Assembly: GCA_963635055.1 (NCBI GenBank)
Contig: CAVHEM010000009.1
Coordinates: forward strand, 9,757 to 73,756
Length of the DNA: 64,000 bases
Reading direction: 5' to 3'
From: Bacteroidaceae bacterium
GTDB taxonomy: Bacteria; Cyanobacteriota; Vampirovibrionia; Gastranaerophilales; Gastranaerophilaceae
The translations under genes were made by a program, and so were the position numbers. The stretch's first letter is position 1; every line of letters starts with the position of its first letter. The notes below the pieces were generated by a model, which was not told where the DNA came from, did not search any database, and saw nothing but the letters and a program-made list of their open reading frames with translations. This document shows positions 33,241-42,323 of this stretch, piece by piece.

Positions 33241-34596
33241 ATGAATATTGTTGTGATAGGCGGAGTTGCCGCAGGAGCAAAAGCTGCCGCTAAAATTAAA
33301 CGTTTACTACCTGATTCAAGTGTAAAAATATTTACCGATGATACACATGTTTCGTATTCATCGTGTGGTTTACCCTTTTATATTCAAGGTAATTTCAAAG
33401 ATTACAGAAGTCTGCTTGTGCGATCTGTGGAAGAATTTAATCAAGCGGGAATTGATGTATATTTAGAACATCGAGTCACAAAAATTGATATAAAATCACA
33501 ATCTTTGACTGTACAAAACAAACTCAACAGTATTTGTGTCCCTTATGACCGCTTAATTATAGCAACAGGCGCAAGACCAATTATACCAAATATTAAGGGG
33601 GTAAGTGATTTTGAAAACATTTATACCGTGCGAAAAATTGAAGATGGTATAAAAATTAGAGAACAAATGCTCAAGAGTAAAAACGCTGTCATCGTTGGTG
33701 GCGGGTTTATCGGGCTTGAATTGCTTGAAGCGTTTGTCAAAAATGGTCTGAATGTTACACTGCTAGAACGTGGTGACAAGATTATGCCTTCCTTTGACCC
33801 TGAAATTTCTGATGTAATCAAAAAACAAATAGAACTTGCAAATGAAGATAATTTTCAAATATTAACCAGTGAATCACTTGTTGAAATTCGTGGTGAAAAT
33901 GGACTTGCGACAAGTGTTTTAACCTCATCAGGTCAAGAAATTGCGGCTGATATAATTGTTCTATGTGTTGGGGTTTATCCAAACAGTGAAATTGCACGTG
34001 ATGCAGGGATTGTAATAGGAAAAACCGGAGCAATTAAGGTTAATAAACTTATGCAGACCTCGGTTGCAAATATTTATGCCTGTGGTGATTGCAGTGAAGA
34101 ACCACACCTGATTAACGGAAAATCTGTATGGGTTCCTCTTGGTTCAACGGCAAATAAAGAAGGTCGATGTGCCGCGTTAAATGCTGCAGGAGTTTACACT
34201 GTATTTGAAGGGGTTTTAAGTTCTTCTGTCACTCGTTGTCTTAATACTACAATGTCAATGACAGGATTTACCGAAAAAGTCGCTCGAGAATATGGCTACA
34301 CTCCGGTCACAGTAACAGTTAACAAGCATGATATGGTTGGCTATATGCCGGAAGCCGGTGAAATTACGCTGAAAATTGTTGCCGATAAAGCGACAGGCTT
34401 GCTATTAGGTGGTCAGGCAGTTGGTTCAATTGGTGCAGATAAGCGCATAAACACACTAGCAACCGCTCTTGTCGGTAGATTGACGGTTAAAGAATTTGCA
34501 GCAAATGATTTGACGTATTCGCCACCATTTTCAACGACCATTGACCCGTTACTTGATGCAATGAATATTCTATCTTCAAGACTATCCGAAAGTTAA
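33241..34596 (+). CDS. Pyridine nucleotide-disulfide oxidoreductase, CoA-disulfide reductase / NADH oxidase family
   Basis: VVIGGVAAGAKAA FAD motif, redox Cys in SYSSCGLPFY, a second GGGFIGLE dinucleotide motif and YACGDC. Confidence 0.8.
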   Translation: MNIVVIGGVAAGAKAAAKIKRLLPDSSVKIFTDDTHVSYSSCGLPFYIQGNFKDYRSLLVRSVEEFNQAGIDVYLEHRVTKIDIKSQSLTVQNKLNSICVPYDRLIIATGARPIIPNIKGVSDFENIYTVRKIEDGIKIREQMLKSKNAVIVGGGFIGLELLEAFVKNGLNVTLLERGDKIMPSFDPEISDVIKKQIELANEDNFQILTSESLVEIRGENGLATSVLTSSGQEIAADIIVLCVGVYPNSEIARDAGIVIGKTGAIKVNKLMQTSVANIYACGDCSEEPHLINGKSVWVPLGSTANKEGRCAALNAAGVYTVFEGVLSSSVTRCLNTTMSMTGFTEKVAREYGYTPVTVTVNKHDMVGYMPEAGEITLKIVADKATGLLLGGQAVGSIGADKRINTLATALVGRLTVKEFAANDLTYSPPFSTTIDPLLDAMNILSSRLSES

Positions 34597-35916
34597 TTAC
34601 TGTTGCAATTTGTAGATATATCTGGCGACCGCTTCTCCCATTGCAAAACAGTTTGCTTGTACACGTAATGCGCCTTGTGATAGGTAATCTGCGGATAAAC
34701 ATCTGCCAACAACAAACAAGTTGTCGTAATCTGCAGCCATCAAACTTTCTATAGGTAATTGATATTCTCCGTCAAGTTCTAGAGTTGAACTGTTTTTATC
34801 CTTTGAGTGAACATCAACCGGATAATTTGAAATAAGTGCAGGATTTTCAAATTTTTTGCCGGAACGTAAATCGTCAATAGTGTAAACATACTTGCCTTTT
34901 ACCCTATTTGAAACTCTTACGCCCATTCCGTCAGAAATGTTTGAAATAAATGCTTTTTCAAACCCAACAAGGTATTCTTTGCAAAATTTGGATAGTCTGA
35001 AAATGCTTGTTCTACCTTCAATTAAGGCTTTGCTAATATCTTGAGTCATATTCGGATTAAGATTTTCGATAATACGAGGACAGTTAAACGCAATCGTGGA
35101 CGGCATTCCCGCTACTGTAAACACTTGAAAATAGTTTCTATCAGCATCTTTTAGCGTTCCATTTTGAACCGCTTTGTCAAATAACGGTGCTAAAGCCCAC
35201 TTCTTGTTGTCGTCCCAAGTGTATGCCGTTGATAAATGAGGAATTCCGTTTATATGCTCAAAAGTCGTCACATTACGGTCTTTGTCAATAGAAACAAGCC
35301 ATTTGCCAAACTTTTCAATATCAACACCGCTCATCAAAAATCTTAGGCTCATCGGTTGAAAATCAGCAGAATCATCTAAAAATTCACAGTTAACTTTTTT
35401 TGAAAAATCAGCATTGCCTGTTGCATCTACAATATACTTCGTTTCGATACATACCGATAAAGTATTATCAAAAGATAATGAATTATTATCCGTATATATC
35501 GAGTAGTTATATGAAGATAATATTGTGGAGTTGATGTTCAATTTATGAATATTTTTATCTTCAATTTTAACATTTGTAACCTCAGTATTAAATCTAATAT
35601 CTACATCAACCGAACTAAGCATTTCATCTAGTGCGATTTTAGCGATTTCAGGGTTAAACCAGCCAATATTGCCTTGATAAGTAGTTTGTCCGCCCATTTC
35701 AGCCATTTTAAGCGCAAAAGACTTGTAAAAAGCGTTATTTATCTGATGATTACCAACATTCATGACCGGTACAACAAGATTAGAAGTGATAGCACCACCC
35801 AGTGTAGAACTCCGCTCAATAAGCAATGTCTTTAAGCCTAACAGTCCTGAAATATATGCTGCTGCACAACCGGCTGTACCTCCACCAATAATAACTATAT
35901 CGTACGTTTTTGTCAT
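34597..35916 (-). CDS. FAD-dependent oxidoreductase (FAD_oxidored-type, function unknown)
   Basis: YDIVIIGGGTAGCAAAYISGLLGLKTLLIERSSTLGG. Start set at ATG 35916, which has a GAGGAG SD. Confidence 0.7.
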   Translation of the reverse strand: MTKTYDIVIIGGGTAGCAAAYISGLLGLKTLLIERSSTLGGAITSNLVVPVMNVGNHQINNAFYKSFALKMAEMGGQTTYQGNIGWFNPEIAKIALDEMLSSVDVDIRFNTEVTNVKIEDKNIHKLNINSTILSSYNYSIYTDNNSLSFDNTLSVCIETKYIVDATGNADFSKKVNCEFLDDSADFQPMSLRFLMSGVDIEKFGKWLVSIDKDRNVTTFEHINGIPHLSTAYTWDDNKKWALAPLFDKAVQNGTLKDADRNYFQVFTVAGMPSTIAFNCPRIIENLNPNMTQDISKALIEGRTSIFRLSKFCKEYLVGFEKAFISNISDGMGVRVSNRVKGKYVYTIDDLRSGKKFENPALISNYPVDVHSKDKNSSTLELDGEYQLPIESLMAADYDNLFVVGRCLSADYLSQGALRVQANCFAMGEAVARYIYKLQQ

Positions 35917-36073
35917 GATAAAAAATCTCCTCAAGGTAATTTCTTATATGATATTCCATGTTGGTCTGATGGTGCAAATAATTTACAAATCATGATTATT
36001 TGAAAATGTGAAAAATTTTTGTATACCAAAAATAATTCGCTGCGATATATTCCAATAATATTTGTTTGATTTT

Positions 36074-37597
36074 TTATATAGAATATTTTTTATAATGTGA
36101 ACTTGATTCTCTGGTCGAAGTTTTAACTTCGTTTTCTCGAGCCATCAAAATCGCCTCATTTTTAGCCGTTAAATTTTTATCACGATAAAATATACCGGCT
36201 TTTGTTTTAATGAGCCCTAAATCGAATTCTGAGAGATGATGTTTAATGAGTGTTTCATCTTTCGTTGCAATTGTACCAAAATATTGTTTTGTTCGTTCAT
36301 TATAAATTTGTCCGATATGAAATCCTGCTTCTATCATAGCACCACGAATAGATGCCGAAGATGAGTAAGTTAATAACATACCATCATTGGCTAAATGGTC
36401 ATAAAGTTGTTTGAAAAATTCAAACGACCACAAGCAAGGACATTTTGATGGAGTAAAAGCATCTAAAAATATCAAATTGTATAAATTATTATCTTCAAGT
36501 ATGATTTTTCTTGCATCATCATTTTTAAGGTCAAAAATAATATCCTGTAACTGATATGTTTTTGACCTGTTTTTATAACTTAATGATACATATTGATAAT
36601 ATATATTATGTAAGAGCGATAAGAACCCATTGCTATGCTTACAACTAGTCATCTTGTGTTTATAAAATTCAAAAATACCCCTAATATTAGAATCAAAAAA
36701 TGGTCTGAAATTTTTATCTGATAATATCGAATTTACTGTCACATCGGTAAAAATTTCCGATTTATTGTTTATTAAAAACTCTAATAAAAGGTAGTTTATT
36801 TCAGGTGGAATATTCAGAATTTCACTTTTGATGTCAGTATCTAAATATTTGTGAATTTTATCATTTGGTATTGTTTTATTAAACTTTTTATAATCCTTTT
36901 CGCCGGTTTTTATGAACGGAGATAGATAAGAAAGTGTTTTATCAAAATCTATCGCTTTAATATAGATACGAGAAGTGTTATTACTGATAGTGTTTGAGCG
37001 ATTAGCAGTATTTTGCTTAATAAATCTTTGTATAAATTTCTTAAAGGTATTTGTTTTTGAGTTAGTTTTATTTACATGTAGCGAGGCGTTACAATTTTTT
37101 ATTTTATTACGTTGCATATTATTGGAATATATCGCTTCGTTATTAGAAGATAAAATATTATTTTTTCGTGCAATTTTATCAGTATGTATCGCTCCGTGCT
37201 TATTTGTGCTTTGAGCGGTTATTTTATTGGTATATATCGGAGCGTAGTTGTTAGTAAGCCTAAATTTTTTATTTTGAATTTTTACAGGAAAATTTTTGGA
37301 AAATTTCTGAAATTTATTTGTTTTGGAGTTTTGGAATTTATTTTTAGAAGAAATATTTTTTCTATAGTCAAAAATATAATTAAGCAGTGCTTTTGTGTTA
37401 TATCCGATACCGTAGCAGATATCCAGAACCTTTATATTATCATATTTTGACAGTATATCATGCAGATTGGACGGGTAAATAAACTTTTCATAGGCTTCTG
37501 TGAGGGCTCCGGTTGCGCTGTGGTAGATATCGTTAAAATCCTTGCTATACAACCCAACCGAACCATCTTTAGTAAAATATGGATAAAATTCACTCAT
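36074..37597 (-). CDS. MnmC-type SAM-dependent methyltransferase domain protein interrupted by a large N/K-rich insertion
   Basis: N-terminus KDGSVGLYSKDFNDIYHSATGALTEAYEKFI...VLDICYGIGYNT. C-terminal part LIFLDAFTPSKCPCLWSFEFFKQLYDHLANDGMLLTYSSSASIRGAMIEAGFHIG (DAFxPxxxPxLW signature). The two halves are separated by far more sequence than usual. Confidence 0.6.
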   Translation of the reverse strand: MSEFYPYFTKDGSVGLYSKDFNDIYHSATGALTEAYEKFIYPSNLHDILSKYDNIKVLDICYGIGYNTKALLNYIFDYRKNISSKNKFQNSKTNKFQKFSKNFPVKIQNKKFRLTNNYAPIYTNKITAQSTNKHGAIHTDKIARKNNILSSNNEAIYSNNMQRNKIKNCNASLHVNKTNSKTNTFKKFIQRFIKQNTANRSNTISNNTSRIYIKAIDFDKTLSYLSPFIKTGEKDYKKFNKTIPNDKIHKYLDTDIKSEILNIPPEINYLLLEFLINNKSEIFTDVTVNSILSDKNFRPFFDSNIRGIFEFYKHKMTSCKHSNGFLSLLHNIYYQYVSLSYKNRSKTYQLQDIIFDLKNDDARKIILEDNNLYNLIFLDAFTPSKCPCLWSFEFFKQLYDHLANDGMLLTYSSSASIRGAMIEAGFHIGQIYNERTKQYFGTIATKDETLIKHHLSEFDLGLIKTKAGIFYRDKNLTAKNEAILMARENEVKTSTRESSSHYKKYSI

Positions 37598-37671
37598 ATC
37601 AACACTTTAAAGTATTTTTTGAAATATGACAAATTGTTAAAATAACTTAAATAAGCCATTTTTTGTGTTTT

Positions 37672-37680
37672 TGGTATAAT
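37672..37680 (+). promoter_or_regulatory. Extended -10 element (TGgTATAAT) upstream of thrB
   Basis: TGGTATAAT ends about 26 nt before the thrB ATG. No good -35. Confidence 0.35.
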
Positions 37681-37706
37681 ATCTAAAGAAGAAAGGTAAG
37701 TAAGAT

Positions 37707-38654
37707 ATGAAAATTACAGTAAAAGTGCCTGCAACAACTGCAAATCTCGGACCGGGATTTGATTGTTTAGGAATGGCACTACCTATATACAATACTATTA
37801 CTATTGAAGAAACTGTTCTCCCAGGAACTGGTGTGGAAATCAATGTTTTCCCTAATAGTGATATGGTTGAACAGTCATCATTAGAGCATATTCCGCTTGA
37901 TAATAACAGTATTGTTTATAAAGCCGTAGAACTTTTATATAATATGATTGGACAATCTCCGGCTGAGCTAAAGATTAATATATACACAGGAATTCCAGTC
38001 GCAAGAGGTTTAGGCAGCAGTTCCTCAGTTATTGTCGGTGCTTTGTTTGCCGCTAATGAACTTTTAGGACGTCCGGCAGATGAACCTGCATTATTATCAA
38101 TTGCTTGCGAAATCGAAGGACACCCTGATAATATTACTCCGGCAATTGTTGGCGGTTTGGTAATTTCTTCTCAAGAAGATGATGGCAGCGTAGTTTACAG
38201 AAAACTTGATTGGCCGGAAGAGTGGGCGATAACTGTTTGTATTCCTGATTTTGAATTACCAACTGATATTGCACGTTCTGTTTTACCGGCAGAAGTTCCA
38301 ATGCAAGATGCAATATTTAATGCAAAAAGACTTGCTTTGTTTGTCGAAGCAGTTCATACAAAAGATTCTGAACTTATGAAAATGGCGCTACAAGACAGAC
38401 TTCACCAGCCATACCGAATGAAATTAGTTCCGGGATTGAGTTCTATTATCAACAATTTAAGACATTTTGATAATGTTTTAGGTTGTGTTTTGAGTGGCGC
38501 TGGGTCTTCAATTTTAGTAATATCTGAGAAAAACAACTTGGATAAAATTCGAAATATTGTAAAAGATACTTGGGCAGACCAAAATATCAAATGTGAAATT
38601 AAGACTCTATCTGTTGAAAACAATGGCGCTCAAATCATTACAAACGAAGATTAG
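37707..38654 (+). CDS. thrB: Homoserine kinase
   Basis: VPATTANLGPGFDCLG and PVARGLGSSSS (GHMP kinase motif). Confidence 0.9.
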   Translation: MKITVKVPATTANLGPGFDCLGMALPIYNTITIEETVLPGTGVEINVFPNSDMVEQSSLEHIPLDNNSIVYKAVELLYNMIGQSPAELKINIYTGIPVARGLGSSSSVIVGALFAANELLGRPADEPALLSIACEIEGHPDNITPAIVGGLVISSQEDDGSVVYRKLDWPEEWAITVCIPDFELPTDIARSVLPAEVPMQDAIFNAKRLALFVEAVHTKDSELMKMALQDRLHQPYRMKLVPGLSSIINNLRHFDNVLGCVLSGAGSSILVISEKNNLDKIRNIVKDTWADQNIKCEIKTLSVENNGAQIITNED

Positions 38655-38735
38655 TCTTATTATTAACGTAATAAGAGAATAAAAAATATATAAAAAGCTT
38701 CCATAATTGTTAAGAACATTAGGGAGGCTTTTTTC

Positions 38736-38921
38736 ATGAACATTAAAATTTTAGATATGTGTGTTGGGTGCGGCGCTTGCGCAATAATTAACCCTGAAGT
38801 GTTTGAAATCAATCAAAATAAGGCAATTGTAAACAATTCAAGGATAGAAAATTTTGAAGATTTATGTATTGATGCTGCTATAACCTGTCCTGTAAATGCA
38901 ATTGAAATTGATGAAAATTAA
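38736..38921 (+). CDS. Small 4Fe-4S ferredoxin (61 aa)
   Basis: CVGCGACAIINP...CIDAAITCPVNAIEI Cys pattern. Confidence 0.8.
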   Translation: MNIKILDMCVGCGACAIINPEVFEINQNKAIVNNSRIENFEDLCIDAAITCPVNAIEIDEN

Positions 38922-39056
38922 AATTATTAAGTATTGTTAAGCACTTGAAATCCAATCGACATAATGGTTTTTAATCCATTTGAAATTTTGAACGCAATTT
39001 TGCCTCGAAAAAATACTTTATCAATGAGTAGGTAAAATTTCGAAAGGTAGGTATTT

Positions 39057-39515
39057 ATGACAATTGGATTAGCGACAGGACATGCTGCAGTAACTATGTT
39101 AGATGCAAGCAAAGGCAGTTTAACAAACAGAGCACAATGTGCAAAAGAACACTTTAAAAATGATGTACAAACTGGTTTAAAAGTCGCTACTGTAGGTGCA
39201 GGCACACTGGGTGTTTCTTATGCAGCAAAACATAGTTCAAAAGTTGCAAAAGCGGTAACTTATGGTGCAACAACTATTGGCAAAGCGATTGGACATATAA
39301 CTAAAAAACTAGGAGCAACAGAATTAGCTACAAAATTATTAAAAAATCCTTTAGGACAAAAACGCTTAGGCATTATGGCGGTAGGTATAACTGCAGGAGC
39401 TTACGTATTAGATGCATTGCTTAATCATGCAAATAAAGCAGGCAGAATTAACCAAAAATATGAAGATGCAGCAAAAATAGAAGGAACAACTAAAAACGTT
39501 GTTTTAGATGCATAA
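39057..39515 (+). CDS. Hypothetical A/G/K/T-rich protein with two hydrophobic segments
   Basis: ORF track with a GGTAGG SD-like element. A hairpin terminator (about 39537-39570) follows it. Confidence 0.5.
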   Translation: MTIGLATGHAAVTMLDASKGSLTNRAQCAKEHFKNDVQTGLKVATVGAGTLGVSYAAKHSSKVAKAVTYGATTIGKAIGHITKKLGATELATKLLKNPLGQKRLGIMAVGITAGAYVLDALLNHANKAGRINQKYEDAAKIEGTTKNVVLDA

Positions 39516-39555
39516 ATTTAACTAAATTTTTAGATAAAAGCGGTGTAGATAGACT

Positions 39556-39729
39556 CTATACCGCTTTTTCGTAAGTAAAAGTTATTGTGATGAAATTATC
39601 ATCAATTTTGGTAATCGCCCAGCGAAGAACATTTCCAAACTTTTGAGTCAGTTCAGTTTCAATATTTTCCGTTGAAAAATCTAAATTCTTCTCCAGTTTT
39701 ACGATTTCAGAAATTATCTCTGTTTTCAT
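39556..39729 (-). CDS. Possible small protein, 57 aa (MKTEIISEIVKLEKNLDFSTENIETELTQKFGNVLRWAITKIDDNFITITFTYEKAV)
   Basis: Found by eye. The ATG lies 3 nt downstream of the glmS stop, and the ORF is below the track size cutoff. No motif recognised. Confidence 0.35.
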   Translation of the reverse strand: MKTEIISEIVKLEKNLDFSTENIETELTQKFGNVLRWAITKIDDNFITITFTYEKAV

Positions 39730-39732
39730 ATT

Positions 39733-41577
39733 TTATTCCACTGTTACCGATTTTGCCAAGTTTCTAGGTTGGTCAACATCTTTACCCAAGAATTCCGCAA
39801 TATAGTATGCAATAAGTTGCAATGGAATCATTGCTATAATTGGTGACAAGATTTCGTTAACATCAGGAACTTTGATTATACAATCGAACAAATCGTCCAA
39901 TTTAGGGTCATCAGAGTTTGTCAAAGCAATCATTCTTGCGTTTCTTGCTCTTGCTTCTTCACTATTAGATAATAATTTTTCGTAAACAGAACCCTTCATC
40001 AAAATTGACAAAACAGGCATTGTTTCATCAAGCATTGCAATCGGTCCATGCTTCAATTCACCTGCCGGATAGCCTGTAGCGTTGATATAACTGATTTCTT
40101 TAAGCTTCAACGCACCTTCAAGTGCCGTCGGGTAATTTATACCTCTTGCAATGTAGATAAAGTCTTTTGTTGAAGAATATTTTCTCGCACATTTTTGAAT
40201 ACATTCTTTGTGAGCCAAAATTTGTTCAATTTTTTGCGGTAACAACAACAATTCTGACTTGATTTCTACTAATTCGTCTTGTGGCATAGAGTTTTTAATT
40301 TCAGCCAAATATAAAGCCAATAAGTAGAATGAAGTCAATTGCGCAATATATGATTTTGTTGCTGCGACAGAAACTTCAATACCTGCACTCACCGGAACCA
40401 AACTGTCTGCTTCTCTTGCCATAGCGCTATCAGGACGGTTTGTAATAATCAAAATGTGAGAACCTTTAGCCTTTGCTTGTTTTATAGCAGTCAAAGTATC
40501 TGCAGTTTCACCTGATTGAGAAACACCAATAACAAGTGTATGTTCGTCTGTTACAGTGTTTCTGTAGATGTATTCGCTTGAAGCTTCAATATCAACAGGA
40601 ATTTTACAAAAATCTTCAATAATATATTTTCCTATCATTGCAGCGTGAAGAGATGTTCCGCAAGCAATAATCTGAATTCTGTTTAAATTTCTAAGACTTT
40701 CAATATTCAATTTAACTTCATCTAACGATACCGGTGAATCTGCAGTGTGAAGTTTTCCAACCAAAATGTTTCTGATTACATCAGGTTGTTCATGAATTTC
40801 TTTAAGCATAAAGTGCTTATAACCCATTTTGCTTAGTGCAACAGGTTCCCAAGGCAATACTTCAACTTTTGGTGTTAAAATATTACCATCTGCATCTTCA
40901 AGTTTAATTGAATTAGGTGTCAATGTTGCAACTTGATTATCTGTTAAATAAATAGCATTTTTTGTGTGTTTGATAAATGCCGGAATATCAGATGCAACGT
41001 AAAATTCGTTTTCTCCAACACCAATAACAAGAGGTGCATTTCTTTTAGTTACAACAAGTTTATCTTTTTCGTCCTTGTGCATTACGCCAAATGCGTACGC
41101 ACCTTCTATTCTTTTTGCAGCAAGTTGAACCGCTTTGGTCAAATCTTTAACTTCACCATAAATTTGAGCCATTAAATGAGCAACAATTTCAGTATCAGTT
41201 TGAGAACGGAATACGCAACCTTTTGCCTCTAGTTCAACTTTTAATTCTTTATAATTTTCGATAATACCGTTATGAACGATTACAAGTTTTCCGCAATTAC
41301 ATGTATGTGGGTGAGCATTGATTACTGTCGGTTTTCCGTGAGTTGCCCAACGAATATGTCCGATACCCATTGTTGATTTTGCAATTTCATAAGCATGAGG
41401 ACTCAATTCCTCACGTAAATTACATAATTTACCTTCTGCTTTATAAATTTTAATGCCGTCAGCACATTGTACTGCAATACCAGAAGAATCATATCCTCTG
41501 TATTCTAACTGTTCTAAACCATCTAATAATATATCTACAACAGGTTTTCTACCAACGTAACCTATAATACCACACAT
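39733..41577 (-). CDS. glmS: Glutamine--fructose-6-phosphate aminotransferase
   Basis: MCGIIGY N-terminal nucleophile, two SIS domains and a C-terminal NLAKSVTVE. Confidence 0.95.
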   Translation of the reverse strand: MCGIIGYVGRKPVVDILLDGLEQLEYRGYDSSGIAVQCADGIKIYKAEGKLCNLREELSPHAYEIAKSTMGIGHIRWATHGKPTVINAHPHTCNCGKLVIVHNGIIENYKELKVELEAKGCVFRSQTDTEIVAHLMAQIYGEVKDLTKAVQLAAKRIEGAYAFGVMHKDEKDKLVVTKRNAPLVIGVGENEFYVASDIPAFIKHTKNAIYLTDNQVATLTPNSIKLEDADGNILTPKVEVLPWEPVALSKMGYKHFMLKEIHEQPDVIRNILVGKLHTADSPVSLDEVKLNIESLRNLNRIQIIACGTSLHAAMIGKYIIEDFCKIPVDIEASSEYIYRNTVTDEHTLVIGVSQSGETADTLTAIKQAKAKGSHILIITNRPDSAMAREADSLVPVSAGIEVSVAATKSYIAQLTSFYLLALYLAEIKNSMPQDELVEIKSELLLLPQKIEQILAHKECIQKCARKYSSTKDFIYIARGINYPTALEGALKLKEISYINATGYPAGELKHGPIAMLDETMPVLSILMKGSVYEKLLSNSEEARARNARMIALTNSDDPKLDDLFDCIIKVPDVNEILSPIIAMIPLQLIAYYIAEFLGKDVDQPRNLAKSVTVE

Positions 41578-41661
41578 ACTGTATCTTCTCCCTACTTTAT
41601 GTACAATATCTATAGTATCATCAAAATATTAACTTTAGGTTTCCTTAATATAATTTTTACA

Positions 41662-42210
41662 TTAATCTAAAATGTGTATGCCTGCACCCATTGTAGGTTG
41701 TGTCATGTTGTTATAACGGTATCCTCTGTTGCCATAATATGCGTTGTGATATCCCGGAAGCATTGCATTGTTGAATATCGGCGGGGCAATTGGCGGAGTT
41801 AAACCTGTCGGATAACCGTTGTATCTGCTATAAATTCTTCGAAACGGATTTGGTGAATAGTAGTCAGCAACATAGTTTTTCATATTATAAGTATCTTGAT
41901 AGCAGGATAAAATATTATTCACACGTTCTGAATAACTCATAGAAGGGTATGTTTGGCGGAAAATTGTTCGCTCAATTCTGCCAAGTCGGTTCGATAATGA
42001 TTGTCTTGGGTAAATTTTATGATATAAGTATATTTCAACCCTGTTCAAGTCTTGCGAATAAAGGTCGCCGGTGTCATTGTACGAAGTATCATTATTTGTC
42101 ATGTTTGATGAAATATATTTATGAGTTTCAAGTTTTCCACCTGCCATGACTGCGTTTGTTAACCCCATAACTAAACAAAATGTGGCAAAGCTTAGTAATA
42201 ATTTATTCAT
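41662..42210 (-). CDS. Secreted hypothetical protein, Y/N/P-rich (182 aa)
   Basis: Signal peptide MNKLLLSFATFCLVMGLTNAVMA. No recognisable domain. Confidence 0.55.
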   Translation of the reverse strand: MNKLLLSFATFCLVMGLTNAVMAGGKLETHKYISSNMTNNDTSYNDTGDLYSQDLNRVEIYLYHKIYPRQSLSNRLGRIERTIFRQTYPSMSYSERVNNILSCYQDTYNMKNYVADYYSPNPFRRIYSRYNGYPTGLTPPIAPPIFNNAMLPGYHNAYYGNRGYRYNNMTQPTMGAGIHILD

Positions 42211-42323
42211 ATATAATCCTCACTCTCAAGTGTTATCCTAATTCGGACGTGATATTTTTACATTGTGCAAATCGGTAATATTACAAAGTGGTAAATTTTT
42301 GACATAAGTGTTATTATAAAAAT

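Noticed and set aside
38927-39205. Minus-strand ORF 38927-39205 overlapping the start of ORF 39057-39515
   Set aside because: It has no SD. It overlaps the plus-strand ORF, which has SD-like context and is followed by a terminator. Its product is low-complexity, and it lies antisense to the intergenic region downstream of the ferredoxin gene.
41578-41661. glmS ribozyme upstream of glmS
   Set aside because: Only 84 nt separate glmS from the upstream ORF. That is too short for the ~170-nt ribozyme, and no conserved core sequence was seen.
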